Positions 35,041-44,644 of a stretch of 64,000 nt of DNA are shown here, piece by piece. The first letter of the stretch is position 1, and the number at the start of each line of letters is the position of its first letter. Under the pieces are notes generated by a model. The model saw nothing but the letters and a program-made list of their open reading frames with translations. It had not been told where the DNA came from and searched no databases. Source of the stretch: Lentisphaerota bacterium (GTDB taxonomy: Bacteria; Verrucomicrobiota; Kiritimatiellia; UBA8416; JABMPJ01); contig JABMPJ010000191.1 of the NCBI GenBank assembly GCA_013203785.1, forward strand, positions 505 to 64,504, read 5' to 3'. The translations under genes were made by a program, and so were the position numbers.

Positions 35041-36927
35041 CTACGATCGGCCAGCCAGTTGGCGACACTCTTCGGCCGCCAAGCGCATCAGCTTGAGGTT
35101 ATCGGCCAGCTTGGAGGGACGAAAACGCAGGCACCACAGCCCTTCAAACCCAGCCATCAGATCCGTCATAGCATCGGCCCAACCATTGAGCTCGGCGGGA
35201 GAGACCTTGCACCCCGCGCGATGCGACTGCCCAATCAGCGAGCGCTCAGCCGCCAGGACGTCCATGGCCGAGGCCAGGCGGTAGTCGGCCAAGGCCTGCG
35301 TCTCGAACTCCGGCAGGTTGGCGGTGGCATCCGGCCAGAGCGTCGGGGACGTAAGCCGGTCGATGACATCCTCCAAGGCCTCGGGCCGGCCCTGACTGAT
35401 CATATTGGGGAACTGATCGGGATAGTGCCCCACCAGCGAGACACGGCGGAAGCGCGTGACGAACCGGTTGACCGGCAGTCGGATCGGTTCCACCAGAGCA
35501 TGATAGAGGGAGCGACTATCCGCATGGACCTGGCCGGCGGTCGCGCCCAACACACGAATCGCATCGGCCAGCGCACCGCTGTCGCCGAAGACTTGCTGCG
35601 CAAATGTCTGCGTGAACGTGGCATCGTCCACACCGTGGCCATGCCAGGCGTGCGCCGCTCCGTGGGCGTAGCCGTGCAGGCTGACACCGAGTGGATTGCG
35701 GTGTCCAAAATCGCCCCAGTCGGTATTCAACATGCCCTCGACTCCGCAGCGCCGACCGGTGCGGGCAAAGTTGCTGACATTGCCTATCGCATTGGGAAGA
35801 TCCGTGCCGTGCCGCTGCCAGCTGCTGGTGCCGGGGCAGACCATGACGGGAAGGCCTGCATCCGCGAATTTCAGCGTTTCAGGGATGCGCGTTCCCTTCG
35901 CAGCATAGTCCCAGTTCAACATGACCACATCCTTCGGGAACTCAGGAATCAGCTCGGGGTACTTGAGTACGATATCGCCCCACACATTCATCCGTTTACC
36001 GCGCTTGGCGCAAAAAGCGTGCAATTTGAGGAGGTAGTTGAGGTAGACCCGCCCCCGCCCGATCCGATCGGCCGCGCGCTTGCTGCGCCCCTGCCCCAAC
36101 TCCCAGGGCTCGTCGCAACAGACATTAATATCATCGGCCTCGAAGAGCGGCACAAACTCGTTGTATAGATCCTGTGTCAGACGAAACGCCTTGGGGTCCG
36201 TCGGACAGAGCATCGTGCCCCCCTCCCAGCCATGCACCCCGGGCTTTTCGGCCAGGTGGCGATACGCCGGCAGCTGCAGGATCAGCTCGTTGTGACTGAG
36301 GGTGGCCAGCGACGGCACAAACCGCATATGGTGTAGGCGACAGTGCGCCTGGATATCCAGAATATCCTGAGGCGTGTAGGAGCTGAACCCCTTCCCGATA
36401 TCAGGATGCGCCCGCCATGTGAAGGTGTTCTTGATGTAAATCTGGAACTCGTTGAGCTTCCAGTGCGCCAGTCGCTCAATCAGCGCCTTGAGTGTCTCGA
36501 CATGCGGCACCTTGCCGCGTGCCACATCATAGTAGACGCCGCGTCGTTCGAAATCCGGGGAATCGTCAATCCGGCAACAGGGCAGCGTGGCGCCGTGTGC
36601 CACCACCAGATCGCGGAGTGTTTGGATGGCATAGTAGGCCCCCCGATCGGTCGAGGCCTTGATCTCAACCCCATCCGGCTGAACCGTGAGACGATAGGCC
36701 TCCCGGCCGCGTACAGCCGGATCGCGCCGGATCACCACGTCTCCCTCTCCTGCGCCTTGCCAACACCGGCTGCTGCGACGCTGCAGGAGACGCTTCAGGT
36801 CAGCCGCGAGCTGATCGAGGGGCAGCGCATCGACATCGCGGCTGCTGCACAGACGAACCGTGGCCGGCCATGTAAACGATCCAGAAAGGGCTCGATGCTT
36901 GCGGACAGGGATCAGAAGTGAATTCAT
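35041..36927 (-). CDS. Glycoside hydrolase family 20-like (beta-N-acetylhexosaminidase-like) protein; no signal peptide
   Basis: RGVYYDVARGKVPHVETLKALIERLAHWKLNEFQIY… is a GH20 TIM-barrel-like N-terminus. A CCDEP segment sits where GH20 has GGDE. Moderate similarity only. Confidence 0.55.
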   Translation of the reverse strand: MNSLLIPVRKHRALSGSFTWPATVRLCSSRDVDALPLDQLAADLKRLLQRRSSRCWQGAGEGDVVIRRDPAVRGREAYRLTVQPDGVEIKASTDRGAYYAIQTLRDLVVAHGATLPCCRIDDSPDFERRGVYYDVARGKVPHVETLKALIERLAHWKLNEFQIYIKNTFTWRAHPDIGKGFSSYTPQDILDIQAHCRLHHMRFVPSLATLSHNELILQLPAYRHLAEKPGVHGWEGGTMLCPTDPKAFRLTQDLYNEFVPLFEADDINVCCDEPWELGQGRSKRAADRIGRGRVYLNYLLKLHAFCAKRGKRMNVWGDIVLKYPELIPEFPKDVVMLNWDYAAKGTRIPETLKFADAGLPVMVCPGTSSWQRHGTDLPNAIGNVSNFARTGRRCGVEGMLNTDWGDFGHRNPLGVSLHGYAHGAAHAWHGHGVDDATFTQTFAQQVFGDSGALADAIRVLGATAGQVHADSRSLYHALVEPIRLPVNRFVTRFRRVSLVGHYPDQFPNMISQGRPEALEDVIDRLTSPTLWPDATANLPEFETQALADYRLASAMDVLAAERSLIGQSHRAGCKVSPAELNGWADAMTDLMAGFEGLWCLRFRPSKLADNLKLMRLAAEECRQLAGRS

Positions 36928-37135
36928 GCAGGCTCCTCATGGGTTGAGCTCCAAAGCCTACCGTTCACGCAGGTCCACATCAACAGTGAAAAGTATGTGC
37001 TCGACCCTTGACACCGCGACGGGTTCGGTGGTCAAATCGGAACGTCAGTCGTCACTCGCGTGACGGCTGCAGGGAGAGCAGGTCCGTACGTCACCCGCTT
37101 TCTCACCCGCACATCAACATTAACTGGAGGTCCGA

Positions 37136-37897
37136 ATGCTCGATCCCATTACACTCCTCATTATAAAGACCATTGGCTCTGCCTGCATCAAACTCTATCT
37201 CTCGAGCCTGCTCGGAGTCGGCCAGGTCACCTACGACTCGGATGAGCTCGGGTACCGCATCCCCAAGTGGTACATGAACCCCGGCCATGTCAAACGCACG
37301 TTCTACTCCTACGGAACGTCCGTCACGGGTGACGAATTTGAGTCGATCGAAGACGCCCACCGCCAGGCGATCGACCAGATGGCACAGCACATCCGTCTGA
37401 GCAACCGGGCCATGGTCGAAGAGGCGATTCATTACGACACCTCTAGTGTGAAACAGAAGCGATTGATCGAACTGTTCGTGCGCGGCGATGGTCTCGAGGA
37501 GTTCATTCGACGCAACGCCACCGTGGACAAGAGGCAACTCGTCAAGGTCGAGATCCCGGCGGACGACCTGCGTGCTTTTGTGCGCCTCGACATGTCAGCC
37601 AAGACCTATGTGGCTTACCAGACCACCACGCTGAATGCGCTAAAAACCCGCCTGATGCAACAGAAGACGGATGACATCCTGAATGAAATGCAGGCCGAGA
37701 TCAACGCATGGAACCAAGAGGAGGGAACCCTTTCTCCTGAGAGTCCCGCGGCCAGCCCCACCGCTGCCATCGCACCACCGATCATGCCCGACCTTCCTAA
37801 ACCGGCAACGTTGCCCGCTCCCGCCCCACGCCCCGTGCCGGGCAGTTCTGGCGGTCCGTTTGGTGGCATGGAGGACGAGCTGGATGACAGTCAATAG
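37136..37897 (+). CDS. Hypothetical exported/lipoprotein-like protein with a Pro-rich C-terminal tail
   Basis: RBS ggagg. N-terminal hydrophobic segment with Cys (LLIIKTIGSAC). The C-terminus is low complexity (PESPAASPTAAIAPPIMPDLPKPATLPAPAPRP). No family recognised. Confidence 0.5.
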   Translation: MLDPITLLIIKTIGSACIKLYLSSLLGVGQVTYDSDELGYRIPKWYMNPGHVKRTFYSYGTSVTGDEFESIEDAHRQAIDQMAQHIRLSNRAMVEEAIHYDTSSVKQKRLIELFVRGDGLEEFIRRNATVDKRQLVKVEIPADDLRAFVRLDMSAKTYVAYQTTTLNALKTRLMQQKTDDILNEMQAEINAWNQEEGTLSPESPAASPTAAIAPPIMPDLPKPATLPAPAPRPVPGSSGGPFGGMEDELDDSQ

Positions 37898-37909
37898 AGC
37901 GTCAGGCCG

Positions 37910-39229
37910 CTACTTCTTCGAGCCGTTGTCGTAGAGCCGCACCGCCTCGATGAGCGCGACACTGCGGGCCAGGCAACCGCGTTTTGAGAGCACCACCGCC
38001 TCGGCACGTTCGCCGATGGTTTGCGCGCGGGCGGGTTGCTCAAACAGTGTCAAAAGCTGTGACTGTAGATCGGCCTGATCAGCCACTTGAATGGCGGCGT
38101 CAGCCGACAGGAAGTCATTGACCACCACAGGGAAGTTCTCCATGTGCGGACCGAACAACACTGGTTTTCCAAATAGGGCCGGCTCAATGATATTCTGCCC
38201 GCCCCGGTCGAAGAGGCTCTTGCCCACGAAGATCAGGGAGGCATGGGCATAGAGACCGACCAACTCGCCGGTTGAATCAAGCAGGACCACATCTGCCGGA
38301 TGCTCACAGGGAGCGCCCGGCTGGAGCTCACTCCGCTTCACGTAGTTCACGCCCAGAGCCCTCAGATCCTGCTCCACCTCAGCGGCACGTTCAAAATGGC
38401 GCGGCACCAGCACCAGTTTCAATCCCGCTACGGCCGGGGCCAGTGCTTGGTAGATCTCAAGTAGAGCACGCTCCTCGCCCGGCCAGGTTGATCCGCCTAC
38501 AAGCAGTGGCACCCCTTCGGGTATACCTGCCGTGTCGAGGAGGTTGCGAATCAACGCGATACGCGAGCTGTCACGCGTGGCGACATCATACTTGGCCGTG
38601 CCAAGCGTGTGCGTCATGCGGACGGGCGCACCCAGCTCGACAATGCGGTCAGCATCACGCTGGCCCTGCATCAGGAGCAGGTCAAAACGGTCCAAGAGCA
38701 TTCCGAAGAGGCGCTTGAGAAAGCGATATCCACGGTAAGAGCCATCTGACACACGCCCATTTAAGAGCACCAGCGGGATACCCCGTCTGTCAGCCACGCG
38801 CACCAGATTCGGCCACAGCTCGCATTCAGTCAATACAAGCGCCAGCGGGTCAATCGCATCCAGGACACGATTGACAAAGCACGGCAGATCAACCGGAAAA
38901 TAGAGCAGGACATCATCGTCATGCAGGCGTGCCTCGGCAACGCCGTGGCCGGTCGATGTATTCGTCGTAAGCGCGAACGCGATGTCTGGATGCTCTTCCC
39001 GGTAGAGTTCCATGAAGCGCAGGGCTACGTAAACCTCCCCCACGCTGACGGCATGCACCCAGAGGCGGCGGCGCGCTTTTAGCCGGGCCCGTGTGACATC
39101 AGGATAGATGCCGAAGCGCTGACTAAAGCTCTTGGCGTAGCCACCCCGTCGCCACATGCGCCACAGGTAATATGGTGCCATGAGCGCGAAGCCCACGGCA
39201 AAAACCACGTTGTATATCCACCAGAACAT
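37910..39229 (-). CDS. waaA: 3-deoxy-D-manno-octulosonic acid (Kdo) transferase
   Basis: N-terminal TM anchor. WVHAVSVGE motif and GT30-family fold similarity throughout. Confidence 0.85.
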   Translation of the reverse strand: MFWWIYNVVFAVGFALMAPYYLWRMWRRGGYAKSFSQRFGIYPDVTRARLKARRRLWVHAVSVGEVYVALRFMELYREEHPDIAFALTTNTSTGHGVAEARLHDDDVLLYFPVDLPCFVNRVLDAIDPLALVLTECELWPNLVRVADRRGIPLVLLNGRVSDGSYRGYRFLKRLFGMLLDRFDLLLMQGQRDADRIVELGAPVRMTHTLGTAKYDVATRDSSRIALIRNLLDTAGIPEGVPLLVGGSTWPGEERALLEIYQALAPAVAGLKLVLVPRHFERAAEVEQDLRALGVNYVKRSELQPGAPCEHPADVVLLDSTGELVGLYAHASLIFVGKSLFDRGGQNIIEPALFGKPVLFGPHMENFPVVVNDFLSADAAIQVADQADLQSQLLTLFEQPARAQTIGERAEAVVLSKRGCLARSVALIEAVRLYDNGSKK

Positions 39230-39287
39230 AGTTTACCGCAGCGCTCCCCATCCCTGTGCATCCGTATTCATCCCTGATTCCGTCCTC

Positions 39288-40262
39288 TCACGCCCTCGGG
39301 TGCGCCTCTTCATAGACACGCTTCAAGTGCTCCACTGAGACGTGCGTATAGATCTGTGTTGTCGAAACGCTGGCATGTCCCAGCAGCTCCTGCACGCTGC
39401 GCAGGTCGGCCCCGGCATCCAGAAGATGCGTCGCAAACGAGTGACGTAGCGTGTGCGGCGTGACCGTCGCATCCAGTCCGGCCTCGATCAAGTACTTCTT
39501 TAACATCCGCTCAATCGACCGCCCCGTCAACGGGCCACCACGCTGGTTCCGAAAAACAACATCCTCACGCCCGCCTTTGCCCCACAGTAGCTCGCCCTGC
39601 TTCAGGCAGGCCCGCAACGCGCTACAGGCCGGTCCACCGAGCGGACAGAGCCGCTCTTTCTTTCCCTTGCCCCGCACTTTAACCACACTGCCCAGCAGAT
39701 CGGCGTCACGGAGGCGCAAGCCGGCCAACTCGTTGAGGCGGGCCCCCGTGCTATAGAAAACCTCCAAGAGGGCCATGTCGCGCCACTCAACGTAGAGGGC
39801 CAACGGTGCCCGCTTTGGGACCTCACCCTCGCGACGTTTGCGTGCAGCAACCCGAGTGGGAGCATCCAGCAGACGTGTGATCTCCTCCTTGCTGAGCACC
39901 TTGGGAAGGTCATGCCCCCGCCTAGGGGCCCTTACACCCGTAAACGGATTGGTCGGACACATCGCCTCGCGCTCAAGAAAACGGTAGAAAGCGCGCAGAC
40001 TGGAGAGCTTGCGTCCCGTTGTCGTGGCGGCCATCTTGGCCCGGCTCAACTCGACCACAAAACCGCGCGCGGCCATTTGATCGACATCACGCCACACAAA
40101 AGGTGGCGGCGTGTCCGGCCACTGGTAGCGTGTAAATTGCACGATATCGCGACGGTAGGCATCCACGGTATGCTCAGACGCGTCCTTCTCGCCGTGTAAG
40201 TAGTCCATATAGCGGCGAATGGCCGTGTCATCCTTCGCCCCCCTGACCGCACCTGGCGTCAT
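39288..40262 (-). CDS. xerC: Tyrosine site-specific recombinase XerC/XerD family
   Basis: N-terminal core-binding domain. C-terminal R…HxxR…Y catalytic signature (HTLRHSFATHLL…GH…TQIYTH). Sits in the conserved dprA-topA-xerC arrangement. Confidence 0.8.
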   Translation of the reverse strand: MTPGAVRGAKDDTAIRRYMDYLHGEKDASEHTVDAYRRDIVQFTRYQWPDTPPPFVWRDVDQMAARGFVVELSRAKMAATTTGRKLSSLRAFYRFLEREAMCPTNPFTGVRAPRRGHDLPKVLSKEEITRLLDAPTRVAARKRREGEVPKRAPLALYVEWRDMALLEVFYSTGARLNELAGLRLRDADLLGSVVKVRGKGKKERLCPLGGPACSALRACLKQGELLWGKGGREDVVFRNQRGGPLTGRSIERMLKKYLIEAGLDATVTPHTLRHSFATHLLDAGADLRSVQELLGHASVSTTQIYTHVSVEHLKRVYEEAHPRA

Positions 40263-40268
40263 GCGCTC

Positions 40269-42779
40269 CTACTCCTCTGCGCTTTCCTCGGCGCCCTTCT
40301 TCGGGCGGGGGGGCTTAATGCCATAGGTTTCGGCGAGCTCCGCAAAACCAGGGATTTGATCGCCGTAGCGCCCGCACATCTTCTTCAGGGCCCCACGCTG
40401 CCGTTCGGAGAGGAATTTCTTCCGATCATAATACCCCTTGAGCGACTCATAGAATGCCTTGTCATCATAGGTGCGCTTGCCACGCTGGGTCGGTTCGTTC
40501 CACTCCGACACGTGAATCATGCCCGCCAGAATAGCCCCGCTCTCCTCATCCTCCGGAATATCGGCCATTGAAAGTCCCATGTCGGCCGACTGCGACTCGA
40601 AATCCGGGATCTGCTCGGCCGCCCCGAGAACGATTGAATCGAGCACCTTGACCTGCGCCTCAGAAAGCGCGCGACCACCGTCGGTCTGCTGCTGCAATGA
40701 ACCGACAAATTTGGCCGTCGATTCATCCATCTCAACGCTCTGCATCATCTCCAGCTTACGGAGCGTCTTCTCGGCCGGACGCGTATCGTGGATCGTCTGG
40801 ACCAGCGCGGCCAGCCCCATCTCGGCGAGCCGCTGCTCCACGTCGGGAAGCTGATCGCCGTACTTGCAGGCCAGACGCACGATCGCTTCGAGTTGCCGTT
40901 GCGAAACATCGCTCTCACCCTCTTGGCGCTTACGCACGGACTGCACAAATTTTTCGTCGCTGTACTTGCGCTTGCCGCGCTGGACCTCAGGGGCCCACTC
41001 CGTCACCTCTTCGAGCAGCGAGAGGACCTTGCCCACATCTTCCTCTGCCGCAGGCGGTGCCTTGGTCTTCTCAAGCCATTCGCTGAATTGTTTATAGAAG
41101 TCGCCCAGCATGCCGGTCCACTCCACCTCGCCGTTCTCGACCCGGTCCAGCTTCTCCTCCATGGAGGCCGTAAAGGAGACATTGAAGAGATCGCCCAGCG
41201 TCTCGGTCAGCATTTCACTGACACGCATGCCGAGTTCGGTGGGGAACATGGTGCGCTTTTCCCGCGAGGCGTACTGCCTATCATACAGAGTCGACACCGT
41301 CTGGGCGTATGTACTCGGCCGCCCGACCCCGTTCCGCTCCAGTGCCCCGACCAGCGAGGTTTCGCTGTAGCGCGGCGGCGGCTGTGTCTCTTTGCGCTCA
41401 GACAACCACTCCACGCAATCGAGAGGCTCGCCCTCGACCATTTCTGGAACACGATCGAGATCATCACCCTCGCCCTTCTTGCGGTCCGCCCCCGTGGCCG
41501 ACATGTAGCCAGGGAAAACAATGTCGGTGGTTGAGCCGTTGAAAAGGAACTCGCGCGCGTCTGCGGCCGGTTTGACGGCCGTGATCGTCACCGTACGCTG
41601 CTGCAGTTGGGCGGGTGACATCTGACAGGCCAGAAAGCGTGCCCAAATCAACTGGTAGAGTTTGAGAGCCGCCGGCTCCAGTTTCCCTCGCAAATCGTCC
41701 GGCGTCACGCTGACGTCGGCCGGTCGGATCGCTTCGTGCGCCTCCTGAGCACCGGAACGGCTCTTGTAGCGATTGGGCTTTTCGGGGATGTAGTCAGGGC
41801 CGAACTTGTCCGCGATGAACGCGCGACAGCCATCCACGGCGTCTTGGGCCAGATGGACAGAATCCGTACGCATATAGGTGATCAGACCGACCGGGCCTTC
41901 GCCCAGATCCACACCTTCATAGAGCATTTGCGCCAGGGCCATGGTCCGCTTGGGCGAGTAGCCGCAGAAGCTGGAGCCAGCCTGCTGTAGGGAACTGGTA
42001 ATGTAGGGTGGCGGCGGACGCTTGGTGATCTGCTTGATCGCAATGCTTTGGACCTTGAGCGAGCGCGCCTTTAGATCATCCAGAATAGCCTGCGATGCCT
42101 CCTCGCTTTTGATCTCAGCCTTCTCACCATCGACCCGAACGAGCTTGATGTGGAACGGATCGAGCGGAGCCACCTGCTTACGGGCCAGGGCACCATGAAT
42201 CCAGTAGGCCTCAGGGGTGAAGGCGCGGATCTCCAACTCCCGCTCGCACACCAGCCGCAGCGCCACCGACTGGACGCGACCCGCGCTCAGGCCGCGGCGA
42301 ATACGCCGCCACAGCATCGGGCTGACCATATAGCCCACGATACGGTCCAGGACTCGGCGGGCCTGCTGGGCATCCACGCGATGCTGATCGATCACACCCG
42401 GGTTATCAAAGGCCTTCCGCACGGCCGCAGGCGTGATTTCGTTGTACTGCACCCGCAAGAGCGGGGCCTCCTTGTTGACGGCACTGAGCATGGCCCCAAG
42501 ATGCCAGGCGATGGCCTCCCCTTCACGGTCCGGGTCGGGCGCAAGGTAGATGGCATCCACTTCCTTGGCAATTTTCTTGAGGCGATCGGCCACCTTACGC
42601 CGACCCTTGATCAGAACGTACTTGGGTTGGAAATTATCGTCTACGTCCACACCCAGGCTCTTGACGGGCAAATCCCGTATGTGCCCCATGGACGACTCAA
42701 CGATGAAGTCTTTACCCAGAATCTTATTGATCGTCTTGGCCTTGGCCGGCGATTCCACAATGACTAGCTTCTTACCCAT
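40269..42779 (-). CDS. topA: DNA topoisomerase I with a non-zinc-ribbon C-terminal region containing two ~50-aa repeats
   Basis: Toprim N-terminus MGKKLVIVESPAKAKTI…HIRDLP plus type IA core. C-terminal repeats …QRGKRKYSDEKFVQSVRKRQEG…GDQLPD and …QRGKRTYDDKAFYESLKGYYDRKKF…GDQIPG. Confidence 0.9.
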   Translation of the reverse strand: MGKKLVIVESPAKAKTINKILGKDFIVESSMGHIRDLPVKSLGVDVDDNFQPKYVLIKGRRKVADRLKKIAKEVDAIYLAPDPDREGEAIAWHLGAMLSAVNKEAPLLRVQYNEITPAAVRKAFDNPGVIDQHRVDAQQARRVLDRIVGYMVSPMLWRRIRRGLSAGRVQSVALRLVCERELEIRAFTPEAYWIHGALARKQVAPLDPFHIKLVRVDGEKAEIKSEEASQAILDDLKARSLKVQSIAIKQITKRPPPPYITSSLQQAGSSFCGYSPKRTMALAQMLYEGVDLGEGPVGLITYMRTDSVHLAQDAVDGCRAFIADKFGPDYIPEKPNRYKSRSGAQEAHEAIRPADVSVTPDDLRGKLEPAALKLYQLIWARFLACQMSPAQLQQRTVTITAVKPAADAREFLFNGSTTDIVFPGYMSATGADRKKGEGDDLDRVPEMVEGEPLDCVEWLSERKETQPPPRYSETSLVGALERNGVGRPSTYAQTVSTLYDRQYASREKRTMFPTELGMRVSEMLTETLGDLFNVSFTASMEEKLDRVENGEVEWTGMLGDFYKQFSEWLEKTKAPPAAEEDVGKVLSLLEEVTEWAPEVQRGKRKYSDEKFVQSVRKRQEGESDVSQRQLEAIVRLACKYGDQLPDVEQRLAEMGLAALVQTIHDTRPAEKTLRKLEMMQSVEMDESTAKFVGSLQQQTDGGRALSEAQVKVLDSIVLGAAEQIPDFESQSADMGLSMADIPEDEESGAILAGMIHVSEWNEPTQRGKRTYDDKAFYESLKGYYDRKKFLSERQRGALKKMCGRYGDQIPGFAELAETYGIKPPRPKKGAEESAEE

Positions 42780-42792
42780 CCCACATCACTCC

Positions 42793-43908
42793 TCACGTTC
42801 CGTCACGCCGTTCAACCACGCGTCCCGGCAACATACGAATCAATCGCTTCATCTCCAGGGCCAACAGCACCGAACCCACGCGGGCAGCCGGCAACCCGGA
42901 ATCTCTAATCAATTCATCCACGCCCTGCTCGCCGCTTTCCAGCAGCGTCAGCAAATGCGACTCCTCTTCACTCAGTGTGCACAGCTCCTGCGGGGGCATG
43001 GTTGCCTTTGACAGCGAACTCCCCCAGAGCGTGCCGCACTCCTCCAAAATATCCTCGACGCCACGCACCAACGTCGCGCCCTTGCGGATCAGCCGGTTGG
43101 GCCCCTCCGCATAAGCGTTGTCAATCCGCCCGGGCACCGCAAATACGTTGCGGCCCTGCTCCAAGGCCGCGTCGGCCGTGATCAACGCCCCACTGCGCGT
43201 GCCGGCCTCCACCACCACGATGCCTTTGCTCAGCCCGCTAATGATGCGATTGCGCATCGGAAACGTGGTCCGATCAGGCTTGCGCCCCAACGGAAACTCC
43301 GACAGCACCGCGCCACGCAACACCACCGCCTCAGCCAACTCACTATTGCAGGCCGGATAGAGATGATCCATCCCGCTCCCGATCACGGCCAGCGTACGCC
43401 CCTGAGCCTCCAACGCGCCCTGATGGGCCACCGTATCAATTCCGCGCGCCAACCCGCTCACAATCGTGTAGCCCGCATGCGCCAGGCCAGCAGCCAGTCG
43501 CTTCGCCGTATCGCGGCCATAGTGCGTCCCACGCCGCGTACCCACAATCGCCAAGGCGTGCTGGTCGCGCTCCTGTAGCGTGCCCCGCACATAGAGAGCC
43601 AGCGGCGGATCATAAATCTCCCGCAAGCTGGCCGGATAGTCCGGGTCAACCATAGTCACGATACGAACACCACGAGCATCCGCCCGCTCCAGCTCGCCTT
43701 GCCAATCCAGGCAGCGCGACTGGCGTGCAATCTGACCGGCTACCGCCGGCCCAACGCCATGCACGCCCAGAAGATCCTGCTTTGACGCCTCGAAAATCGC
43801 ACCGGCCGATCCCAACGCCTCCACCAGCGAACGAACCGTGACCGGACCCACCTTTTCCATCAGGTTCAGGGCCACGTATGCGTCACGCTCCTGCATAGTT
43901 CCTCTCAA
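42793..43908 (-). CDS. dprA: DNA processing protein A (Smf)
   Basis: DprA Rossmann-like domain with family-wide similarity. Upstream of topA, as in many genomes. Confidence 0.85.
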   Translation of the reverse strand: MRGTMQERDAYVALNLMEKVGPVTVRSLVEALGSAGAIFEASKQDLLGVHGVGPAVAGQIARQSRCLDWQGELERADARGVRIVTMVDPDYPASLREIYDPPLALYVRGTLQERDQHALAIVGTRRGTHYGRDTAKRLAAGLAHAGYTIVSGLARGIDTVAHQGALEAQGRTLAVIGSGMDHLYPACNSELAEAVVLRGAVLSEFPLGRKPDRTTFPMRNRIISGLSKGIVVVEAGTRSGALITADAALEQGRNVFAVPGRIDNAYAEGPNRLIRKGATLVRGVEDILEECGTLWGSSLSKATMPPQELCTLSEEESHLLTLLESGEQGVDELIRDSGLPAARVGSVLLALEMKRLIRMLPGRVVERRDGT

Positions 43909-43967
43909 GGCTGGGCGTCATAAAGCTGAGGTAAATACCACACCCACCGCCCCCATGCAAGCCCGAC

Positions 43968-44636
43968 ATGACTTTGACACGCCGACCCGCATCTGGCAGA
44001 ATGAGCCGCCTTATGTATCGCTCACGACATAATGGATGGATGAAGCGGCACGTTGTGGCACTCTGCCTGGGCTGCACCTCCGCCGTCGTCGTCTTTGCCG
44101 TGGGGATCAGCCGCATTCCGAAGGCCCCTGAGAAGCACGAACCGCTCACCCTGACGCCCCCCTCCGCGCTCATCCTCCCCCTGCGCCAGCCGCCCGCCAC
44201 CTTTCCTCCCGGTACCTACCAACCCAACAAAAGAGAGTCAGAGGCCTCAGGCCCCATCGATCTCGGCGACTTTTCCGCCGGGCGCGACCTGACCTATATT
44301 GAAGACGACCGCGTCTGGTGGGAGAGCGACAACGACACAAACGATGTGGAGTGTGACCATACCGTACACAATGCCATGCGCACCCCCTTCGAGCGCGTGA
44401 TTGAGCTGGTGGCGGAACGTGGCGGCACCCTCAAAGTCCAGGACACCTACCGGCCCGACCGCATTCATAACGACCGTTCACTCCACAAAGAGGGACGAGC
44501 AATCGACCTCACCTGCAACGAGATGTCCCTCGAAGAGCTCGCCAAGCTATGCTGGCAAGCGGGCTTCGATTGGGTCTACAACGAAAAAGGCTCCCGCTCC
44601 AACGGCCCGCATGTACATGCGTCCGTGGCGAGGTAG
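43968..44636 (+). CDS. Membrane-anchored Hedgehog-N-terminal-like (Hh-N / LAS zinc D,D-peptidase fold) protein
   Basis: LKVQDTYRPDRIHNDRSLHKEGRAIDLT…LAKLCWQAGFDWVYNEKGSRSNGPHVHASV aligns with Shh-N [28 protein letters not shown]…[25 protein letters not shown], including the His/Asp/His zinc ligands. N-terminal TM HVVALCLGCTSAVVVFAVGI. Alternative start at 44040. Confidence 0.7.
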   Translation: MTLTRRPASGRMSRLMYRSRHNGWMKRHVVALCLGCTSAVVVFAVGISRIPKAPEKHEPLTLTPPSALILPLRQPPATFPPGTYQPNKRESEASGPIDLGDFSAGRDLTYIEDDRVWWESDNDTNDVECDHTVHNAMRTPFERVIELVAERGGTLKVQDTYRPDRIHNDRSLHKEGRAIDLTCNEMSLEELAKLCWQAGFDWVYNEKGSRSNGPHVHASVAR

Positions 44637-44644
44637 GGCGGAGG

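Noticed and set aside
39288-40262. XerC-like tyrosine recombinase as a phage or island integrase
   Set aside because: It sits in the conserved chromosomal dprA-topA-xerC arrangement. No flanking direct repeats, tRNA target or phage genes.
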